64,000 nucleotides of DNA, from NCBI GenBank assembly GCA_951406725.2, contig OX597817.1, positions 104,842,001 through 104,906,000 of the forward strand, written 5' to 3'. Shown here piece by piece: positions 28,901-40,900 of this stretch. Each line of letters opens with the position of its first letter. Position 1 is the first letter of the stretch. The DNA is from Octopus vulgaris (Eukaryota). The notes beneath the pieces were generated by a model, which saw only the letters and a list, made by a program, of their open reading frames with translations, made no database searches and was not told the origin of the DNA. A program made the position numbers and the translations under genes.

Positions 28901-31900
28901 ACTAAAAAACAACTAGTAATGCTTCAATGTTCTGGAATATTTTATAGTTTTGAACCAGATACCTATTAAGTAAAGTAGATGGCAAACTCAGAACATGTGA
29001 GCACACTAAATTTTCTTTACATTTTGTCTTCAGTTTGCAGCATTAACCCATAGATAGTCATCAGGCTGATCCATCAGCCTGTCACTTTTGTGTTAGAAAG
29101 ATCAAAAGGCCAACCTCTTTAAAAATAAATGTTATATTCTCAGCCTATTGAGATTCACATTATGCACATTTTCTCTAGCAGAAGCCTTTTGCATCAAATT
29201 ATTCTGTCAAATGTAATGCTTATGTATTCAAACTGTTTTCTATTAATCATGCATTAACTTGTGGCTTCAACATTTCGATGATGCAATTGTCTATTTTCAG
29301 AATGACTTTGAAGAGTAAGTATGCAAAGTCAAATCTGATCACTTTGAATATAAAAGAGATACAATATTTGGGTCAAATATGGTCGGTTTAAATAAAAACA
29401 TTACTCTCTTTACAACTAGATCGAAAAATAAAAAGTTCTTACTTTTTTAGCATACTAGTATCAGTAAAAATATAGTTTCAAGCTATTCTCAAGTTTCTGG
29501 AGAATATACATTTAGAAATACATAAAAAATCTATGTTTAGAATAATACCAGCATTGGGAAAATATACTTACAACTTGACAGTATTCTGGCTTTACAGTTC
29601 GTAAAATATTAAACACATGCACTGAGTTGAGACTAGAACTTGCAGAGTTTGCTTTCCTCAGCATAGGAGATTTAGACCTAAAAATATACAATAACTTTCA
29701 TGATCTTCAATAACTGCATAAAAATAAAGCACAAAAGTAGCATTTCAAAGTAGAATTTAAATATCTAGAAGTTCATTTTTCAAACAAACTTCTGAAATGT
29801 TACTGGCACTTGTAAATGATAAAAAATATATATTTTTACTAGGGACGTTTGTTATGAGCAAACTTGCTAATGTCATCATTATAAATAACAAGTGTTCATC
29901 TACATTATTATCAATGCCTGCATATTCAGCAAACAGAAACTTGATGTTTATACCAAGCGGACATTTGGTGCCTACCTTTGCCAATTATTATTATTATTAT
30001 TTTTTAATCAACCGATGCTGGTGTGTTTACGTCCCCATCACTTAGCGGTTTGGCAAAGGAGACCGATAGAATAAGTACTAGGCTTACAAAGAATAAGCCC
30101 TGTGGTCAATTTGTTCGACTAAAGGTGATGCTCCAGCACGGTTGCAGTCAAATGACTGAAACAAAGGAATATTCTATTAGATTAATCTTTATCCAGATTC
30201 CATAACTTAGTTCTGGTGAAATTGTCATTTAAATCCCACTCAACTTTCATTTCTTGTACACCATTCCATTATCTTAGTTTGTTGTACAGGGAACCATTTA
30301 CAATAACTTTTCATATAAAATGGAAATGTTTTTAATTTCTCTTTTAGAATGAATGCAAGGAAATGAGTTGCTTGGTTTTTTATTGTTGTGTGAATAAAAC
30401 TTTAACTGCTTGAAACACAATAAAAACAAAAATCATTGAGAGTTACCATTGCATGACAAATGCAATTTCAATCTGAGAGAGAGGGGGGAAGAGAGAGAGA
30501 GAGAGAGAGAGAGTAAACATAACTTGAACCCTGCATCTCTCGGCAGGCCTGGGAATGTTCTCCAACTTATTTTCTAGTTGGGCAGTTTGTTCAGACTGAA
30601 AGAATATTTCTATAGTGTAGTGGACAGTTGAGTATTCCTCAATGGAGAATCTATTTGGTACTCAAGTAGTGATAAGGCTGGCAGAATATAACTCATTGGT
30701 GGAAGTGAAGAGTAAATACAACCACAAAAGATAAAAACAAAACAAACATTTGTGGAGAAAAGGAGATAGCAAGAGACTACAAGGAGGTTTAGCAGGAAGA
30801 TAAGTTATATGTAGCAAAGAGAAAAGCAGTGCGTAAAATATTTGCTAAATTTCTACAAAGTAAAAAATTTTTTAAGAAGTATGAAGTGCTTTTGAAATAC
30901 TATATCAAAAAGATTTAGAAGCAACTATGTTTTGCTAGTATTAACGATTCAGTTATTTTGGTTATTTAAGTAATACAGAAATAAAAGAAAGGTGGTTATA
31001 AAATAGTAGTCACAATTTACTGAATTCAGGATACTGAAAGGAACTTAAAGTATTTTATGACAATTCAATAAATCCATTTAAATAAATTGAAAGGAAACAT
31101 TTCAACCAAGTAAACATACTCAGATTGTGTCCGATGACGGGCTCGTCTCGATTCAGAAGATCTTCTAGGTCGCAAGGTCCATACCTCTTCGCACTCATCA
31201 CCAGCAGAATCTGAGATGGAAAGTATTTTACATTAAATAGCATAAAAATCTGTGAGTAAGAAACTGAAAATGGAAAAATATTTTAGTTTCTATAGAATGA
31301 AAATCATATCAAACTACTTTTATGAAATATGTTCTTTCAACCTCGTACATCTCTTATCCTTCTCTTTCAGTGCAGATCATCATAATTAGCTTATTAGTTC
31401 GTTTCATTATTCTATCTATTTCATTACCTATGTAAACATAGTCTTGTCTCCCATGCTGTATGTTTTGCTAAATGAAGAGAATGAATGGAAGAGAGTTTAC
31501 TGAATGTCGACCCAACAGAGGGACCGGCTATCCAAATTGATAGTACCTTGGTAGATAGAGCAATTAAGGGTATGAAGACAAGGAAAGCCCTGGCCCATCA
31601 GGAATCACCGCAGAGATGCTTAAAATATCTGGCGGTGTCAGGTATAGTCAACCAGGTGATACATGGAGTCATACCCAATGACTTGTGTACCAGCACCATA
31701 ATCAACTGCTACAAAGGTAAAGGTGACGCATTAGATACAAATAATTACAGAGGTATCAAGTTGTTGGATCAGGTAATGAAAGTAACAGAGAGGGTCATAG
31801 CCCAACTGATTAGGGAGAGAGTCAGTTTAGATGAGATGCAGTTTGGGTTTGTGCCAGGGAAAAGCACCCCTGATGCTATATTTCTGGTAAGACAGCTGCA

Positions 31901-34900
31901 GGAGAAATACCTAGCCAAAGACAAGCCCCTATACCTGGCTTTTGTTGATATAGAGAAAGCCTTCGACAGGGTCGCCCGATCCCTCATCTGGTGGTCAATG
32001 AGGAAACTAGGGATAGATGAATGGTTAGTGAAAGCTGTACAAGCCATGTACAGGGACGCTGCTAGTAAGGTGAGGGTTGGCATCGAGTACAGTGAAGAAT
32101 TCAGGGTAGAGGTTGGGGTCCACCAAGGTTCAGTCCTCAGTCCCCTCCTATTTATCATAGTCCTCCAGGCAATAACGGAGGAATTCAAGACAGGATACCC
32201 CTGGGAGCTCCTCTATGCTGATGACCTTGCTCTAATTGCTGAGTCTCTATCAGAACTAGAGGAGAAGTTTCAGGTATGGAAGCAAGGTTTAGAATCGAAG
32301 GGCCTTAGAATCAACCTAGCCAAAACCAAAGTCCTAATAAGTAGGAAGGTAGACCAATCACAAACGCCTTCAGGTAGATGGCCCTGCTCGATCTGTAGAA
32401 AAGGTGTAGGTAGAAACTCTATAAGATGCACCAAGTGTAAGCTATGGACACATAAGAGGTGCAGCAATGTCAAAGGAAGGCTAACTAGGAAGATGGTTTT
32501 TGTATGTGGCAGATGCTCAGGAACAATAAACACTGAGAATGCTCTGAGACCAACTTCCGTCACTTTCCAGGGAGAAAAACTAGAAGTAGTTGATAGTTTC
32601 CATTACCTAGGTGACCAAGTCAGTAGCGGGGGCAGGTGTGCTGAAAGTGTAGCTGCTAGAGTAAGGATAGCCTGGGCAAAGTTCAGAGAGCTCCTACATC
32701 TGCTGGTGACAAAGGGCCTCTCGCTCAGAGTAAAAGGTAGACTGCATGATGCATGTGTGCGAACAGCTATGCTACATGGCAGTGAAACATGGGCCATGAC
32801 TACTGAGGACATGCGTAAGCTTGCAAGGAATGAAGCCAGTATGCATACACGACAGAGTGTAAGCACCCTGAGAGAAAAGTTGGACTTAAGAAGCATCAGA
32901 TGTAGTGTGCAAGAGAGACAACTGCATTAGTATGGTCATATGTTGCGAATGAATGAGAACAGCTGTGTGAAGTGTCCCACCCTAGCAGTTGAGGGAACCT
33001 GCAGAAGAGGTAAACCCAGGAAGACATGGGATGAGGTGGTGAAGCACGACCTTTGAACATTAGGCCTCACCGAGGCAATGACAAGTGACTGAGACCTTTG
33101 GAGATATGCTGTGCTTGAGAAAACCAGGCAAGCCAAGTGAGACCATAACTGTGGCCTATGCCAGTGCTGTATAACCAGTCCATTTCAATCATTGGACAAT
33201 AAACTATGCTTGCGAAGACCTGTTGAGGCAAGTGAAATCACTGTCGTGGCCGACGACAGTACCACCTGATTGGCACCTGTGCTAGTGGAACGTTAGAAGC
33301 ACCATTCGAGCGTGATTGTTGCCAGGGCCGCTGACTGGCTCCCGTGCAGGTGGCACATAAAAAAAAGCACCATTCAAGCATGGTTGTCGTTGCCAGTGCT
33401 GCTGGACTGGCTCTCATGCCGGTGGCATGTAAAAACACCCACTACACTCTTGGAGCAGCTGGCATTAGGAAGGACATTCAGCTGTAGGAACTTTGCCAGA
33501 TCAGATTGGAAACTGGTGCAGCCTTCTGGCTCACCAGCCCTCAGTCAAACCATCCAACCCATGTCAGCATGGAAAGCGGACGTTAAACAATGATGATGAT
33601 GAAAGACTGGACAAAGACACAATTATAAATGTTTAAACTTATCTGGTAAAAAGATCACTTGGATAAGCATTAGAATAATTTTAACATGAAAGGATATAGC
33701 AGCAAATGTAACTTGAGAACAGAATTTTGTTGAATATCATACAAAAATGACAAATGAAATATGTAGACCATGTCAGGAATGAGTGTTCTATATTGGTAAA
33801 AAAAGATAAATTTTGCTATTTCTAACTTTCTGACAGATTAAAGAGAATTGGAGCTCCAGATATCTTTAGGTGTTCATTTATTAACAACAGAATTCAGCAG
33901 AATGAGGAAGGTAGACCTTAAGCCAGAATAAATGGAAGTCTTATTGTTAACAAAGAAATAAGAAGTGAACAGTGGAGTAAATTCTATTTATGTGTAGAAA
34001 ACACCACTGAGGAAAGAAGTTGGAGTGTATCTTGAATAATAGAAACTGGTTAGCAATAAGAGATGAAAGAAGACTTTTTTTTCAAAGAGGAACAAGAGTG
34101 TGGCTTCTTGTTGATTAGTCAACATCAGACCTGACTGAGAAGACCTATGATCACAGATATTCTAACCATGACCACCTCATTTGCTCTTCAGTATTAAAAT
34201 CATTTTAATGCTTAACCAAGTGATTTCTACCCTTCATGACAGCACCAAAGCCCATAACAAGTGAAAGAGTAATTTTACTTTATGGAAGATATAGTGCTGC
34301 TGGCTGGGCACAGAAAAGACAGACATTTCAGATATAATTATTATGAAATAGTAATTCTAAAAATTAAAGAATAAACTAAAATCTTGGCAAATGTAAGTAT
34401 CTTATTAGAGTGAAAAAACTAGAAGTTGTAGTAATTACATTTTAAGAGAAAGCACAAATATATAAGTATAAATTAACATTGTAATTATGAATGAAGTAGT
34501 ACTGGATTAGAATGTTTTGCTATATTATTATTATTGAATATAGCACAAATTTTTATTCAAGATACACTATACTCCAACTTCTTTCCTCGGTGGTGTTTTC
34601 TACACATAAATAGAATTTACTCCACTGTTCACTTCTCATTTCTTTGTTAACAATAAGACTTCCATTTATTCTGGCTAAAGGTCTACCTTCCTCATTCTGC
34701 TGAATTCTGTTGTTAATAATGTAATTATAATGAAAGGTGTGGCTGTGTGGTAAGAAGCTTGCTTCCCAACCACATGGTTCTGGGTTTAGTCTCACTGCAT
34801 GGCACCTTGAGCAAGTGTCTTTTACTATAGCTTCAGACCAACCAAAGCCTCGTGAGTGGATTTGATAGACGGAAACTGAAAGAAGACTGTCATATATACA

Positions 34901-37900
34901 TGTGTGTGTGTTTGTCCCCCACTACTGTTTGACAACCAGTGTTGGTATGTTTATGTCCTTTTAACATAGTGGTTCGGCAAAGAGATTAATAGGATAAGTT
35001 CCAGGCTCGATTTATTTGACTAAAACCCTTCAAGGCAGTGCCAGTCAAATAACTGAAACAAGTAAAAGATAAAGTATTGGTTCACACAAACCTGTTCTTT
35101 TAAATTTGACATCAAGCATTGGCTCACTAAAGCTTTTATTTAATTGGGGTTTAGGCAAATTTATTTCAGTGGTGGTTCTCGTTTGGGGTTGCCCAGAGTC
35201 ACTGTCCACATGAATTCTGGTCTTAGTGATGATAGATGTATCCCTCTATAATGAAACAAATAAATCAGAAATATTTTAAACAATCAACTGTACTACAAGG
35301 ACATTTTTTTCCATAAATATCAAACTTTAAAAAAAAAAAATATTAGATATTGAAGTCCAATATATAAAATAATAAAATCTCAACATCTTTGAAGCCTTTC
35401 TTTGCAGGAATTGTAAACCTCATTTATTTGATATTTCAGATAAGTGGGGTTTATGAATAATTATCCAGGCACACATTCTGGTCTGCTAAAAGCAAAATCT
35501 CAACATACTTAATAAATAAATAATATATTTAATTAAAGAATTTATTAAAATGTAAATTGTGGAAAAAACCTTTAGAGGCACAAGAGTAATAAATAGTGAA
35601 TGGTCAATATAAAGTCACAAAAAAAAAAGACTCTTAATCTGTTAGACAATTTTTCTGCTTTTCTACCATTCTCCATTGACAGTCTACTACCATACAAAAT
35701 AAAACAACAAAGAGAGTCTCTATATGTTTGCTCAACATGCTAAAAGTCACAGTAAAATCTCACTTAGCAATAGTCTTTAACCTTTTGGAGATGGAGGCTT
35801 GTTTGGAGTTTCAGTGCCAAGAAAACAGAGCCCTTTTCACAAACCCTACAGAAGGCATGAACTTATTGATCCTTGGGGGTTCATGTAGGATGTTGTTAGA
35901 ATTTATGTGCAATAAATTGGTTATATTTCTACAATACACAAACTATATTAAATTTTTTCATACAATTTCTAATAATATTTAAGGATAAAAATATAATAGG
36001 ATTTTTTTAAACATCAAATGGCTTTAGAAGTCTAGGAGAGTAAAATAGAAATCAAAGAAGTTCAGAGGTAAATATGGCTGAGAACCACTGATTTACACAA
36101 AACATCTTCATTTACATAACTGCAAAACTTGTTATAATTGGAAAGCACTATTGTTATAGTTGTTACATAATCCCCAACAAACTATTAGCCAGATGACAGC
36201 AGCAAAGCCTTCTAGTTATATTGACTCACTGTGTCTCAACCAATACTGAAAATATTTAATTCACTTGCACCCTCTCTCTTTCTATCTGAAATTATCATCC
36301 TTAATTATTTCATAGCATACAGCTCTTCATATTCCTGCTATGCCTCCATTACTTGAGCAGTAAGTAGTCATTTGATTTGCAAGAAAAAGCAACCAAATTT
36401 ACCCCAAATCACAAATTACCATCTTAAAATTAGATGAACACATTAGATTATCTATGAAGCCTGTACGAAAAAGAAACTGAACTTAAAAAAAAATATTGCT
36501 TTACATACAATTTAATCAGACTAAAAAGACACAGAGTGTCTCCTTACCCAAAATGATAATAACAAAGCTCAAAGACTATAAATTTAAATCATTATCAAGT
36601 TGTGGAATAAAAGTTATTCATTATCTTTTATAAGAATATCAATTGTGTAGGTATGGGGTGAGTTGGGATTCAAAATGCTGATTGATGTCACCAATGTTGT
36701 TATTATGGAGTAGAAGTATAATGGAATATGAAACTGAATTTAGATTGTCATAAAATAGATTACAGTTAATATATTTCTAAGCATGGATATAAATTTGTAA
36801 TATTGCTTTTAAGTTTTGACACAAGATGAGCAATTTTGGTATTTATTTTATTGACCCTGAAAGGATGAAAGGCAAAGTCGACCTTGGCAGAATTTGAACT
36901 CAGAATATAAAGATAGACGAAATGGCACTAAGCTAATGATTCTGCTGGCTCGCTACCTTCAACATGAACATAAATTTGTAGTATTGACAACAAACTTCTG
37001 ACATGGCCACAGACTCAATTGGTTGCAAGTGTTTAGCTCTGGGACAGCCCAATCAAAAAGCATTCCTGCTGTGATCATCCTGTCTCTTTTCAAAGTCTAG
37101 GACTACAATATATAACGTGTCCTTCCTTTTATGATAGTAGGATGTAATATGAAGGAAATTTGGTTGCTATTTCTATTAAGATGAGTAACACAAAGCTTTC
37201 TTCATTTTTTTAAGAGAGGGAAGGAGACAACAGGAGAATGGAAACAAATTCAGCTGATCCTATGATGTATCATGGGGAACTTATTCCACAAGAACCAACA
37301 AAATACTGGTCATTTAACAGAATTACAGTTGCTCACTACAATGAGCTAGTACCTACATGGTACCTACTAATAAGTAGGGAATTAGCAAAGTCATTACTAA
37401 GTATTTGTTTTATCTCCACCCTGAGGTGAAATCCCACCTAGCTGAATTTGGTCCTTTATCTTCTCAAGATTCATAAAAATAAATCCCAATCTGAAGAGTT
37501 AAACTGGCAGAACTAGTAGAGGGTCAGACAAGATTTCTTGTATAATCTGTTCTGGCTTATGGTGCTCTGATAGTTACACCTGCATCAACAGAGATGCCAA
37601 GCTGTATCAATTCTTATCTTGCCTTTTCATTGGATAACATTGGTGGCATATATATATATAGGAAACTGCTAATCTTCCACAGGCTTGTGTATACAGATGC
37701 AGACATAGGGTCAACAGTGACGTTAAGTACTGGTAGAGACTATGACCTTAGGTACGGCTAGAGACAATGACCTTAGGTACAGGTAGAGACAGTTACTGGG
37801 CCATTAAGAGCAAAGTGATTTGACCATATGGACAGAGCTGCTGATACCAGGATAAAAAAACCTTTAACTTCTTGACCATTCAGTCCTCTACCATCTATGA

Positions 37901-40900
37901 CTATTCTATTATTCTTGCACTTGTTTCAGTCATTTGGCAGCAGCCATGCTGGAGCATCACTTCAAAGGGTATTAGTCGAAGAAATCGATCACAGGACTTA
38001 TTCTTTGTAAGCCTAGTACATATTCTATCAGTCTCTTGGGCTTCTTCCAGTTTCCGACTACCAAATCCACTCACAAGGCTTTGGTCAACCTGAGGCTACA
38101 GTTGAAGACACTTGCCCAAGGTGCCATGCAGTGCAACTGAACCCGGAACCATGTGGTTGGGAAGCAAGCTTCTTAACACACAGCCCTGCCTGCGCCTATC
38201 TCAGTAAATTATAAGCCAAAGTTTTACCGGGCCTCACTCTCTTGATTTGAGCTCTAAATCAAGGATGAAACTAAATGCTGTATTATATTCAGGATGGCTC
38301 TTGTATATTTTAACTGATTTCTTATCTTTTGTTAACACTTAGAAATAATAAATTCAACAATATCTAAGATAACTTACGTCTGTTGAAATTCTTTTTCTTT
38401 TTGGTGGAGTACTGTCTTCACATATATCAGCTGATGAAGCATCAAGATCATCATCAGTGACATCATAACTGATGTCTGACAAACATGAAGCAGAAGAATC
38501 TCGCATGCGATAAGCATTGCTTCTGAAAACAAAGAAGAAATATATTTCCTATTATTGATCTTGAACCATTTTCTTAACAGTTATTACTTCAGGTTTGTAT
38601 ATGTTGAATGGAATTTACTGAGGTGGATTTTCTATGGCCAGATGCCCTTCTGGTCACCAACCATGTTTCCAGATATGGTAATATTTCATCACGACTAGAC
38701 CTGTTTTCACAGAATATTGCACCGCTTACATGAAAATGATGCTCATTTGCAACTATTATTCATCAAGGCAAGGAGACAGTAACACACACACACACATATA
38801 TATATATACATGACAGCCTTCTTTCAGTTTCCATCTACCAAATCCACTCACAAGGCTTTGGTCCATGTAGTAGGACTGAACCCAGGACTATGTGGTTGGG
38901 AAGCAAACTTCTTACCACACAGCCATGCAGTGAAATCTAAACTTCAGATGCCAATTGTTGAGCTCCAGGATACAGATTACAAGAAATGTTAACATAGCAT
39001 CACTGCCACCAAAATAGTGTCTTGCAAAGACATGCAGAAATATTCACACACACAAGGAAATTTTCTAGTGTCTACCAATTTCACTTGCAAGGTTTGAGGC
39101 TGTCACACAAGACACTCAGCCAAAGGGCCTCATGGTGGAATGGAACCCAGAACCATATAGTTAAGAAGTCAACATCATTACCACATGGCCAATTCACCAG
39201 ATTGTAGTGGGATATTATCTCTTTATGTTATTCTCTTTTTCACTGCACTATACTGCCAACCTACAGAAGGCAGTGGATATCTCCTACTCACCACACAACA
39301 CTTTTGTGTAACTAGGGACATCACTGGATCTTCCAATCCTTCCACCTTTTCAACACTCAGCCTATCTCGTCTTTCTATCCCCACCTCTTGCCGATTATGA
39401 GGCATAGGCAAGAGGTAGGAAAAGACAAGTGGCAGCAGAGGTAATACACAGAAATTACAAGAGAGTGTCAGTTCAATTCCCACCAGATTCCATTTTCTCC
39501 CTCTTAATTAGCCAACATTCTCAGACACACACACATACTTAATGTCAGGATATTATTGCTGTCAATGTTTTCAAGTTCATGAATACAAAGAAGCCAAAAT
39601 AAAGCAGATCCTCAGGAGAAGTAGTTATTTCCAATATGTTATAGAAGTGAAGAAATGAGAGTTGGATGATTACTAGTTTCACCTATTGATAGGAAGGTTG
39701 ACAATAATTGGAAAAGTTATCACTGAACAGCATTAAAATATAGATCTACACCTCTGAAAAAACAAAAACAAAATCTATTCAACCAGAGAAGGTAAGAGAA
39801 AAAAAATGAGAGAGGCATCGACCATATGCATTCATAGTCTGAAAGTGATTTCATTCCCAAGACATCTCCTCTATCTCAATTACGTAGCAATAGGAAGTGA
39901 AGTACTTTTAATAACAGTAAGCAGTTCACTTAGGTACTTGGGCTAACTTCAATACAAGTTAAAGTGTTGAATATATCCAACTGAAAATACAAAAAATGTA
40001 GGTCTATACATACCTTCTTTTACTACCATCTGACCGTTGATAAGAATTCAAGAAAGCTAATTTCTGCATGTCTTTTTCATCTAGCATTGATTTATTTTTA
40101 TCATTTAAAAGGTTGCGTATCATTTCTATGAGATTCTCCTGCAAAGATAAAGATAAATACTTTATTTGAATGTCAAAAAATATTACATGTTTTTTATTAC
40201 CAAAGTTCTAAATAAAAAAATACTAATGCAAACTTGTGGTTACCATGTACATAATTATACTTTTTTAGAGATAAATTTATTTTAAATTTTGGCACAAGGC
40301 CAGCAATTTCGAGAGAGAGAGCAAGTCGATTACACCAACCCCAGAGTTCAATTGGTACTTATTTTATCGACGCTGAAAAGGTGAAAGGCAAAATTGACCT
40401 CAGTGGTATTTGGACAAAGCATACATACAGATGAAATGCCACTAAGTATTTTGCTCAGTAAACAATTGTCAACTTGCTGCCTTTTTTAGGGGTAGGTATT
40501 GAATTGTGAAGTCTATGAATAGAAACTATCAGGAATTATGAAACAACTTAAATTTACTGATAATTATATTAACTGGCTCGAGAAAAATCAATATTTGTTA
40601 GAAATTATAAATCAACTCACCAATGTGACTCGGTCATTCTCTACTTGTGATCGTTTTTGAAATTCAAATTTGATTTGGTTTCTGCAAAAAAACCCCAAAC
40701 ATCATCTTAAAGACATTCTTCCGTTAAAACATTATTTCCACTGCCATCTATTCATGAATTACGGTACCTACTCAAATATACATTTTCTTCACTGTACACT
40801 TTAGAAAAGAGCAAACATGGTCATCCATAAGTTATCTACCTTGCATCATTACAATTTAAATCTCTTTACATACCTTTCCAATACATTTTCTGTTTAGAAA

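Noticed and set aside
31485-32930. 481-aa ORF as an active retrotransposon or host gene
   Set aside because: 5'-truncated with no endonuclease, a frameshifted N-terminal segment and premature stops; a dead copy.
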